A stretch of 61,393 nucleotides of DNA, counting the filler, from Candidatus Woesearchaeota archaeon (lineage in GTDB: Archaea; Nanobdellota; Nanobdellia; Woesearchaeales; GCA-2687795), in assembly GCA_030753365.1 (NCBI GenBank). It is 6 parts of 6 records of this genome, joined end to end, with 100 filler letters (N's around TTAATTAATTAA, not from the genome) between each part and the next. Parts side by side here need not be neighbours in the genome. Positions count along the whole stretch, not along the records: positions 50,536 to 57,740 come from JASMCJ010000075.1; positions 57,841 to 61,393 come from JASMCJ010000076.1; 4 more parts are not named here. One strand, given 5' to 3'. The translations under genes and the position numbers were made by a program. Numbering within the stretch: position 1 is the stretch's first letter; every line of letters starts with the position of its first letter. The notes beneath the pieces were generated by a model. That model did no database searches and was not told where the DNA came from. It worked only from the letters and a program-made list of their open reading frames with translations. Of this stretch, positions 52,955 to 61,393 are shown one piece after another.

Positions 52955-53103
52955 CGCCACGACCCGGACTTTCAATGCAAAGCGTTAGGACTTTGCTTTT
53001 TGAACCGGGAGACCCTTGCGGGAACAAGATTTCTTATTCATAAATTCCAGTCTTGCGCATTTGGCTGTAGGTATCTACACTTACCAGATTGTGCCATCGT
53101 GGC
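52955..53103 (-). tRNA. tRNA-Ser(GGA) with three introns (53060-53080 D-arm, 53031-53044 at 37/38, 52969-52998 T-loop)
   Basis: Removing 21+14+30 nt gives an 84-nt cloverleaf with long variable arm CCCGCAAGGG and G discriminator. Confidence 0.88.
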
Positions 53104-53128
53104 ATATTTAACCGAGTGGTAACTCTTT

Positions 53129-53833
53129 TTATAAACCTAACGATTCTTTTAGGGTTTTGGTCTTTTTGCTATGCCAGAATCCTATCCAATTATAGAATCT
53201 CAACCTACTTTCCTTTTTTAGGATAAATATTATACCTACAGGAGATTCAGATTTCTTTTTAGAGTTATATTCATAGTAATTGTTGTCTATGCCCATATTA
53301 TTTAGAATATTAGATATCTCTTTCATTCCATTTAGATTAATTGTTTGTACCTTTATACTTTTGCTGTTAACATACGCTTCTGCTGAGAAGAATGCCTTCA
53401 ACCAGTTTTCTTTTGCACCACTAATTCTAAATAGAATCTTTGGTAATGTCCACTTTTTTAATCCAAATTCTGCAAGGTTATATAAATCCTCAACAACTAT
53501 TTTAGAGGTAAAACGAACAGAATAAAATTTATTATCTTTTTTAACTCTTGGAATCTTATTGTAAATTGTTTTTATTTGTCTTATATAGGTATCCATCATA
53601 ATATCATCATCTGGGAAAAAATCTATTTGATAATGATAAAATGTTTTTTCTTTTCTTTTTTGGACGCTACCATCACCTGCAAGGAATCCGCAAATAGCTG
53701 CTTTCATTATTAATGAATTGGAATTACTAGAAATTCCTTCTTTCTCCTTAGCGTGAACTCTATTCCAACGTGCTAATGCTACTTTCTTATTTCGTCTTGA
53801 AAAATTCATAATTCCTAGCTTATTTAGGAGCAT
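53129..53833 (-). CDS. Free-standing two-motif LAGLIDADG endonuclease
   Basis: AAICGFLAGDG and WLKAFFSAEA. Confidence 0.85.
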   Translation of the reverse strand: MLLNKLGIMNFSRRNKKVALARWNRVHAKEKEGISSNSNSLIMKAAICGFLAGDGSVQKRKEKTFYHYQIDFFPDDDIMMDTYIRQIKTIYNKIPRVKKDNKFYSVRFTSKIVVEDLYNLAEFGLKKWTLPKILFRISGAKENWLKAFFSAEAYVNSKSIKVQTINLNGMKEISNILNNMGIDNNYYEYNSKKKSESPVGIIFILKKESRLRFYNWIGFWHSKKTKTLKESLGL

Positions 53834-54018
53834 TTAAAGTTTTCTGTTACTACGCAGTACCAGAATATAAATAAAAAAAAGTTAGGTAGTTGGACTAATA
53901 AGTCAAAAATAATAAGAATTTAGTAACATTATTAAGAAGTTTTTGAAAAAAACTTCTTCTCAGCTAAACAATCAGAACAGAATATCAGTTATTATTAATT
54001 ATTTTTATAACAGAAATA

Positions 54019-54330
54019 TTAAAAGTCTATCATCTCAATCTCAATGTTGAGGCCTTCTGGGATGGGTACTCTCATAACGAGTCTTAAAGCTCTTTCGTCA
54101 ATGCCGAGGTCAATGACTCTCTTATGGATTCTCATCTCATGCCTTTCCCATGATGCTGAGCCGTCTCCGCAGGGGCTTTTTCTGGTTGTTACCCTTAGCC
54201 TTTTGGTTGGCAGTGGGATTGGCCCTCTTAGGTCTACTCCTGTCTTGGTTGCGATATCATTGATATAGCTGCAGACTCCATTCAGCTTGTTTATATCAAT
54301 GCTTGCTAATTTGATTCTAGCTTTTTGCAT
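54019..54330 (-). CDS. rps10: 30S ribosomal protein uS10
   Basis: [24 protein letters not shown]. Confidence 0.97.
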   Translation of the reverse strand: MQKARIKLASIDINKLNGVCSYINDIATKTGVDLRGPIPLPTKRLRVTTRKSPCGDGSASWERHEMRIHKRVIDLGIDERALRLVMRVPIPEGLNIEIEMIDF

Positions 54331-54411
54331 TTTACGTTAATCTATCTCTTGGTATATAAGATATAATAGAGAAGAAAAAGAAGTAATATAAAAAAGTTAC
54401 TATGAACTTTC

Positions 54412-55692
54412 TTATTTCTTCACGTAATCTGTGCACATTCCAGCTGCTACTGTAGCACCAGAGTCCCTTACTGCAAACCTTGACATGTAAGGATTCTCGT
54501 CCTGCTTTTCAATAACTAATGGCTGGACTGGCTTAATCTTCACTATTGCAGCGTCACCATTCTTTAAGATGTCCTTATTTTCAGTCACTTCCTGACCTGT
54601 TTTAGGATCCATCTTCTTAACAATTTCTGTTATCTGGCATGCTACCTGCGCAGTGTGTATATGGAATACTGGAGTATAACCAACGGTTACAACGCTTGGA
54701 TGGTTCAGAACAACTATCTGAGCTGTGAACTCTGAAACCACGGTAGGTGGGTTGTCTGAAGGTCCTAAGACGTCTCCTCTTGCAATGTCAGACTTTCCTA
54801 TGCCTCTTACGTTGAAGCCTACATTATCGCCAGGTTCTGCTTCCTGCATCTGTTCATGGTGCATCTCGATGGTTTTAACTTCACCGCTTACACCTTTACC
54901 TTCTCTTCCAGGCATTACAGTTACCTTGTCGCCGATTTTCATTACACCAGTTTCAATTCTTCCAACTGGTACAACTCCTATACCTGTGATGTTATATACA
55001 TCCTGGATAGGCAGCCTTAAAGGCAATTTGGTTGGCTTTTCAGGCTCTTTTAGATCGTCAATTGATTCAAGCAATGTTTTTCCTGTATACCAGCTCATGT
55101 TTTCGCTTTTCTTGCATACGTTGTCTCCTACTAGAGAAGCAATAGGCACGAAAGGCACTTCTTCTGGCTTATAGCCAACGCTCTTTAACAGAGTGGTTAC
55201 ATCATTCTTAACAGCATCGAACTTCTTCTGGTCATATTTTACCATGTCCATCTTGTTAACAGCTACAATTAGCTGGTTAACTCCTAAAGTTCTTGATAAG
55301 AATACATGCTCTTTTGTCTGTGCCTGGACACTATCATTACCAGAAACAACTAATACAGCAGCGTCAGCTTGTGAAGCTCCTGTTATCATGTTCTTAATGA
55401 AGTCTTTGTGCCCTGGAGCATCAATTATTGTAAAATAATATTTGTCTGTTTCGAACTTCTTATGAGCTAAGTCAATGGTAACTCCCCTTTCTCTTTCTTC
55501 TTTAAGGTTGTCCATCACAAAAGCAAACTCAAATCCGCCTTTGCCTAACTCTTCAGCTTTTTCTTTAAGCTTTCTCATAGCCTGTTCGTCAACGTTTCCA
55601 CTATCAAAAAGTAATCTACCTACTGAGGTTGATTTACCATGATCAACATGTCCTATAAATACAAGATTAATGTGTTTTTTCTTTTCTGCCAT
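54412..55692 (-). CDS. tuf: Elongation factor aEF-1alpha
   Basis: [18 protein letters not shown]. Confidence 0.98.
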   Translation of the reverse strand: MAEKKKHINLVFIGHVDHGKSTSVGRLLFDSGNVDEQAMRKLKEKAEELGKGGFEFAFVMDNLKEERERGVTIDLAHKKFETDKYYFTIIDAPGHKDFIKNMITGASQADAAVLVVSGNDSVQAQTKEHVFLSRTLGVNQLIVAVNKMDMVKYDQKKFDAVKNDVTTLLKSVGYKPEEVPFVPIASLVGDNVCKKSENMSWYTGKTLLESIDDLKEPEKPTKLPLRLPIQDVYNITGIGVVPVGRIETGVMKIGDKVTVMPGREGKGVSGEVKTIEMHHEQMQEAEPGDNVGFNVRGIGKSDIARGDVLGPSDNPPTVVSEFTAQIVVLNHPSVVTVGYTPVFHIHTAQVACQITEIVKKMDPKTGQEVTENKDILKNGDAAIVKIKPVQPLVIEKQDENPYMSRFAVRDSGATVAAGMCTDYVKK

Positions 55693-55886
55693 ATTATTAT
55701 TCCCCCTTTGAATTGATTAACTTAATATAGGGAATGCTGGTTTTATTTATAAAGTTTATGGTTTTTAGGCTTATTTAAGCGGTTCTCTCGGTATATGGCT
55801 AAAATAGCCCCATATTGAAGGATCATTATTTACTACGAAGTGGTTAAAATAGGTAGGTTTATAAGGAGGTTATCTTTCATTCATAT

Positions 55887-56462
55887 ATGGCAGATGATTT
55901 ATTTGATGTAGATAACCTTAATTCAGTATTAAGGCAAATAATAAAGAAGAAGAGAGTTATTGATATAAAGAATTATAATGTTCTTACTTATAGTATTCCA
56001 GAGGATTATATGGTTAAAAGCGTTTGTTTTGATTCTGAAGGTTATGATGAAGAGATAAGAGATGCTATAAGACCTATAGTTCATGCTGCTGAAGAAAAAG
56101 GATGTTCAGAAACATTGTTTACAGCTCTTTATGAAGCTGTTTTGAATGCGTATCAACATGGTAATAAAAGAGAGATTAATAAGAAGGTTACAATTGCACA
56201 TAAAGTGAATAATGATTCTGTAGAGGTTGCGGTTGTTGATGAAGGAGGTGTAATTGATTCAGATTTTATTCCTTTTGTTATTAGGCATAGAGAAGGTAGG
56301 CATGAAAAGCATTTTTTAGATTATTATGATTTCTCAGGAAAGGAAAGGCCTCCAAGGAATAATGGAACTGGCACTTCATTTATGCATACTTATGTTGATG
56401 ATATTTCATATTTTAAATCTAAACAAGGCGGTCTTGTGGTACATCTTACCAAAAAATTCTAA
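55887..56462 (+). CDS. RsbW/SpoIIAB-like anti-sigma Ser/Thr kinase (GHKL fold)
   Basis: ALYEAVLNAYQHGN N-box, VVDEGG, GTGTSFM. Confidence 0.78.
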   Translation: MADDLFDVDNLNSVLRQIIKKKRVIDIKNYNVLTYSIPEDYMVKSVCFDSEGYDEEIRDAIRPIVHAAEEKGCSETLFTALYEAVLNAYQHGNKREINKKVTIAHKVNNDSVEVAVVDEGGVIDSDFIPFVIRHREGRHEKHFLDYYDFSGKERPPRNNGTGTSFMHTYVDDISYFKSKQGGLVVHLTKKF

Positions 56463-56522
56463 CTTTATAGTATATGTATTTTTAGAGTAAAGCTTATAAA
56501 CCATCAGCAATTTCTAGGTGTT

Positions 56523-57320
56523 ATGTCTCAGATAGTAGAAGCATTGGTAGAAGCTGGAAAAGCATCAGCTGGTCCCCCTATTGGATCTAGTTTAGGCCCA
56601 TTAGGCGTTAATGTAGGCCAGGTTGTATCTCAGATTAATGAGAAGACTGCTTCTTTCAAAGGTATGCAAGTGCCTGTTAAGATTATTGTAGATGAAGATA
56701 CGAAAGAGTTTGAGATTTCTATTGGCACTCCACCATCATCCTCGCTGATCCTTAAGGAAACTGGGATTGAGAAGGGCAGCAGGAATCCTAAAGCTGACAA
56801 AGTAGCTGATATTCTTATTGAACAAATTATTAAGATTGCTAAGATGAAAGAGGATGCTTTATTGGGCAAGAATCTTAAGCAGAAAGTTAAGGAAATAGTG
56901 GGAACATGCAATAGTATGGGTGTTCTTGTAGAAGGCAAACCTGCTGTTGAAACTATTCAGGATATTAATAAAGGCAAGTTTGATGAAGAGATCAGGACAG
57001 AGAAGACTGAACTTAGCGAAGAGGAGAAGAAAAAGCTTGATGAAGAGAAGAAGAAGCTTGCTAAGGAGATTGAAGAAAGGAGAGCTGAGTATGTGGCTAC
57101 TGCCAAGCAGATTATTAGTGAGATGGCTGGGAAAGAGAAGGGAGAGATTAAGGCTAAACTTAATGAGGCTAAGATACCAGTAGAGATTATTAAAGAGTTA
57201 ATGCCTACAGAGGGTGAAACTGGAGCAGCTGCTGAAAGCGGAGAAGGCGCTAAGGAAGGAGAAGGAGAGAAGAAAGAGGAAGAAACTCCTAAGGAAGAAA
57301 AGAAAGAAGAGAAAAAATAA
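56523..57320 (+). CDS. rpl11: 50S ribosomal protein uL11 with long charged C-terminal extension
   Basis: GKASAGPPIGSSLGPLG, GTCNSMGV. Confidence 0.95.
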   Translation: MSQIVEALVEAGKASAGPPIGSSLGPLGVNVGQVVSQINEKTASFKGMQVPVKIIVDEDTKEFEISIGTPPSSSLILKETGIEKGSRNPKADKVADILIEQIIKIAKMKEDALLGKNLKQKVKEIVGTCNSMGVLVEGKPAVETIQDINKGKFDEEIRTEKTELSEEEKKKLDEEKKKLAKEIEERRAEYVATAKQIISEMAGKEKGEIKAKLNEAKIPVEIIKELMPTEGETGAAAESGEGAKEGEGEKKEEETPKEEKKEEKK

Positions 57321-57740
<420 letters not shown>

Positions 57741-57840
57741 NNNNNNNNNNNNNNNNNNNNNNNNNNNNNNNNNNNNNNNNNNNNTTAATTAATTAANNNN
57801 NNNNNNNNNNNNNNNNNNNNNNNNNNNNNNNNNNNNNNNN

Positions 57841-58946
57841 AAGTTGTTCCTCAAAAAGAATGGGATTATGTGCCTAATCTAAGAGCGTTGAAGCCTGATT
57901 ATGTTGTTCATGGAGATGATTGGAAAACAGGGGTTCAAAAGGGGATGAGAGAGAGAGTTATTGAAGTGCTTAAAGAATGGGGAGGAGAATTAGTAGAATG
58001 CCCATATACAAAGGGCATATCATCCAGACAATTGCGCAAGAGCATATGTGATATAGGAACTACTCCAGAAGATAGGATGAAGAAGCTTAAGAGGTTATTG
58101 GGTGTAAAGCCTTTTGTCAGAATTATGGAAGCCCATAATGGCCTTACTGGCTTGATTGTTGAGAACACTAAAGTAACGGACCTAGAAAAAAAAGTAAAAG
58201 AGTTTGACGGCATGTGGGTAAGCAGCTTAACTGATTCTACAGCTAAAGGCAAACCAGATATAGAGTATGTTGATATAACATCAAGATTAAATACTATTCA
58301 TCATATACTTGAGGTAACTACAAAGCCAATTATTGTTGATGGCGATACTGGGGGAATCTCTGAACATTTCTCACTTATTGTGAAGAGTCTTGAAAGATTG
58401 GGAATTTCTGCAATAATTATTGAGGATAAGGTGGGCTTAAAGAAGAATTCTTTGTTTGGTACAGAAGTAGAGCAGAGACAGGATACAATAGAGGACTTTT
58501 CACATAAGATATCCTCTGGCAAAAAGGCGCAGGTTACTAATAATTTTATGGTTATAGCAAGGATTGAAAGCCTGATATTAAAGAAAGGAGTAGACGATGC
58601 GATTAAGAGAGCAAAGGCTTATATTGGTGCTGGTGCTGATGCGATAATGATTCATAGCAAAGAGAAAGAGCCTGATGAGATTCTTGAGTTCTGTAAGAGG
58701 TATAATGGTATGACTAATAAGGTTCCTTTAGTGGCTGTCCCTACAACTTACAATAGGATTACGGAGAAGGAGCTTAGTGATGCCGGAGTTAATATTGTGA
58801 TTTATGGAAATCATTTATTGAGAAGCGCTTATCCTGCTATGGTTAAGACAGCTGAAACAATACTAAAGAATGGAAGATCGTATGAGGTTGATGAATTTTG
58901 CATGCCTATAAAGAATGTCTTAGAGTTAATTCCTGGGGGAAAATGA
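57841..58946 (+). CDS. aepX: Phosphoenolpyruvate mutase with N-terminal cytidylyltransferase-like domain (5' partial)
   Basis: [10 protein letters not shown] matches the PepM motif EDKxxxxxNS; VHGDDW. Confidence 0.95.
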
Positions 58947-60073
58947 TATCGTGTGAACAATTATACGCTGAATTTAAGAAATGTGGCTTAACATTTTTTT
59001 CAGGAGTGCCTGATAGTACATTTAAGGATTGGATGAAGTTCTTAGTAGATGAGCATGGCAGTAGGTTAACTAATATTGTTGCGGCTAATGAATGTGAAGC
59101 GGTTGCTACTGTTGGCGGTTATCATTTACGCACTGGGAACTTAGGAGTGGTTTATATGCAGAATTCTGGTTTAGGGAAGGCAGTAAATCCTTTGACAAGC
59201 CTTACTGATAGAGAGGTTTATTCTATTCCTCTGCTTTTGATGATTGGTTGGAGAGGCGAGCCAGGGAAGAAAGATGAACCTCAACATAAAAAAATGGGAA
59301 GAATTACTGAAAGCCTTTTAGATGTTTTAGAGGTTCCTCATGAAATTCTTCCAGATGATCCTGCTCAGATTGCTTCTGTTATGGAGAGAGCGGTTGCGTA
59401 TATGAGGGATAATGGTTCTGCTTATGCTATCTTAATCAAAAAAGGAACCTTAGAAGAATATAAAGCAAAGAAAAAGATGGAAACTAATTATGAGATGTCA
59501 AGAGAGGATGCTATAAAAGCAATTGTTGACAGTTTAGATGGTTCTGAAGTAATCAGCTCGACTATTGGAAAAACATCAAGAGAGCTGTTTGAATATAGGG
59601 AGATTTTAGGCCAGGACCATTGCAAGGATTTCCTAACGGTAGGGAGCATGGGCTGCACAGCTTCAATTGCTAATGGGATTGCGTTGTCAGATCCTAATTC
59701 GCCTGTGTTTATATTTGATGGGGACGGTGCAGTTATAATGCAGATGGGGACTTTGGCTACGATTGGCCATTATGAAGCAAAGAATCTGTACCATATTGTG
59801 TTTGATAATGGTTCTTATGATTCTACAGGAGGACAGCCAACTGTTTCGCCAACTGTTGATTTAGGGAAAGTTGCTTTGGCATGCGGATATAAAGGAGCAA
59901 AAACAGTTGAAACTAAGGCAGACCTAGTAGAAGCTATTAAATATTTGAAATCTTCAGAAGGGCCGCAGATGCTTATTGTTAAGGTTAACAAAGGAGCAAG
60001 AGAAGATTTAGGAAGGCCAACAACTACTCCGATTGAAAATAAGGAAGCATTTATGGAAAAGTTGAAGAAATGA
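58943..60073 (+). CDS. aepY: Phosphonopyruvate decarboxylase
   Basis: [23 protein letters not shown]...DN ThDP motif; ATGA overlap with pepM. Confidence 0.95.
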   Translation: MISCEQLYAEFKKCGLTFFSGVPDSTFKDWMKFLVDEHGSRLTNIVAANECEAVATVGGYHLRTGNLGVVYMQNSGLGKAVNPLTSLTDREVYSIPLLLMIGWRGEPGKKDEPQHKKMGRITESLLDVLEVPHEILPDDPAQIASVMERAVAYMRDNGSAYAILIKKGTLEEYKAKKKMETNYEMSREDAIKAIVDSLDGSEVISSTIGKTSRELFEYREILGQDHCKDFLTVGSMGCTASIANGIALSDPNSPVFIFDGDGAVIMQMGTLATIGHYEAKNLYHIVFDNGSYDSTGGQPTVSPTVDLGKVALACGYKGAKTVETKADLVEAIKYLKSSEGPQMLIVKVNKGAREDLGRPTTTPIENKEAFMEKLKK

Positions 60074-60083
60074 GCGCAAGAGT

Positions 60084-61393
60084 TTACTTAGTCAAAGAGG
60101 AAGTATCATCATCTGGTCTTTTCTTAAACAAGCTCTTAACCAGATCAAGTTCTTCTTTGCCTATTGCTTTTAGTATGAAGAGTATTAGGAAGTAGATGGC
60201 TGCTGAGAAGGTTATGAGCAGGAATAAGTGCAGGCCGCTCATTGTGTAAATGAATAAGGCCATGCTTAATGAGGCGAGGATGGGTTTTATAGAAGTTTTG
60301 AATAACTTAAGACGATAATTATTTTTTCTTAAAATTGTGTATAGGAGGATGAAATTAATGAATGCGGAGATGAGCGAGGCTATTGCAGCGCCTATATGCT
60401 CTAAAGAAGGGATTAGGATGAAGTTTAGAATTATATTTACCAGTACTATTATTCCGGTTGTATAGGTGAATAGTTTTTCTTTGTTTATTGCGTTTAAGAA
60501 TTGTCCGAAGAGATAGTTTAGGAAGATAAACAATTCTATCCAGATTAATATTTTTAGGATTAATACAGAGTTTGAAAAGCCTTCGCCATAGATGAATAGA
60601 ATGATTCTCTTTGCGAGCATGGTTGTGCCTATGCAGATTGGAAGTATGATGATTAATAAATATTTGAATGCTTTCTCTAGTAATAACCTTAGGAAGCCTT
60701 TATTTTCATGGTAAAATCTTGACATAGGTGAGAAGATCGCGGCCATAAGAAGGATCGGAATGAAATTTAGAGTTGACACGAATTTCTGGGAGGCGCTATA
60801 CCATCCTACTATGCTGAAATCTTTCATTAAAGATAACATCACTATATCTATACGAAAATAGATTATTGTGAATACAACGCTGAACCAGAAAGGGATACCT
60901 TTTTTTATTAGGTGCCACCAGAAGCTTAGATCTATTTCAAACCCAATTTTTGTGATTTTTTTGTTAAATAATATATGCAGGAAAATTAAGTAACTAATGT
61001 GCGAAACAGCAAAAACTAGGGCAAATATAACGATACTATAACCTTTGCTTAGTACATATAAGCCAAGGGCAAAGGTAATGACTCTTTCTATTATTCTTGC
61101 TAGTGATTCATATTCTAATTTTTCATGGGCCCTGAAGAAAAAAGTGAAGTTTGTGCCATAGAGCATTATGAACAGGGCGAATGTTATTATTAGGGTTGAA
61201 ATTTTTGCTTCAACTGACTTATTTAAAAGTAGTATGATTACAAGAGCTATTAAGAATACAACGATAGTAAGGAATAACCTTAAGGCCATGATATTGTCTA
61301 AATATTTCTTTGTTTTTGACTTGTCTCTTGATATCTCTCTTAGAGCGAATGTGAGGAAGCCGATGTCTGTAAGCAGAGATAATAAGCTTGCAA
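60084..61393 (-). CDS. Wzx-type oligosaccharide flippase (start outside window)
   Basis: Multi-TM, IYFRIDIVML, VGWYSAS, LNFILIP...GAAIA. Confidence 0.88.
   Translation of the reverse strand, partial: ASLLSLLTDIGFLTFALREISRDKSKTKKYLDNIMALRLFLTIVVFLIALVIILLLNKSVEAKISTLIITFALFIMLYGTNFTFFFRAHEKLEYESLARIIERVITFALGLYVLSKGYSIVIFALVFAVSHISYLIFLHILFNKKITKIGFEIDLSFWWHLIKKGIPFWFSVVFTIIYFRIDIVMLSLMKDFSIVGWYSASQKFVSTLNFIPILLMAAIFSPMSRFYHENKGFLRLLLEKAFKYLLIIILPICIGTTMLAKRIILFIYGEGFSNSVLILKILIWIELFIFLNYLFGQFLNAINKEKLFTYTTGIIVLVNIILNFILIPSLEHIGAAIASLISAFINFILLYTILRKNNYRLKLFKTSIKPILASLSMALFIYTMSGLHLFLLITFSAAIYFLILFILKAIGKEELDLVKSLFKKRPDDDTSSLTK

Noticed and set aside
49111..54412. Absence of EF-2 between rps7 and tuf as gene loss
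   Set aside because: The genes lie on different contigs and dph5 is present; EF-2 is probably elsewhere in the genome

Overview
Low-GC archaeal genome fragment, most likely DPANN (Woesearchaeota-like). This is inferred from PolD, Cdc6, RadB, split Rpo1, aEF-1alpha, CarS, class III signal peptides and intron-rich tRNAs. The window is six contigs joined by 100-nt artificial spacers (N..TTAATTAATTAA..N), so adjacency across gaps is not biological. It holds housekeeping loci: a likely cdc6-linked replication origin, polD, iscSU, carAB, an RNAP/ribosomal cluster and tuf-rps10. The most striking signal is a set of bulge-helix-bulge (BHB) micro-introns. They occur in three tRNAs and apparently in a protein-coding gene: carB has a 29-nt hairpin insert in the invariant GQAGE/FDYSG motif. 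Three of the four intron-bearing genes sit directly downstream of a free-standing endonuclease gene. One of these, a LAGLIDADG gene, has split tRNA-Pro and supplies a replacement 5' half. Other notable items are a 102-bp twin-hairpin element in four identical copies (one abutting an IS200-type tnpA fragment), a bacterial sigma-70 factor, an RsbW-like kinase, a PlsC-like acyltransferase and a phosphonate (pepM-ppd) locus. All calls come from reading the sequence by eye; no database searches were run.
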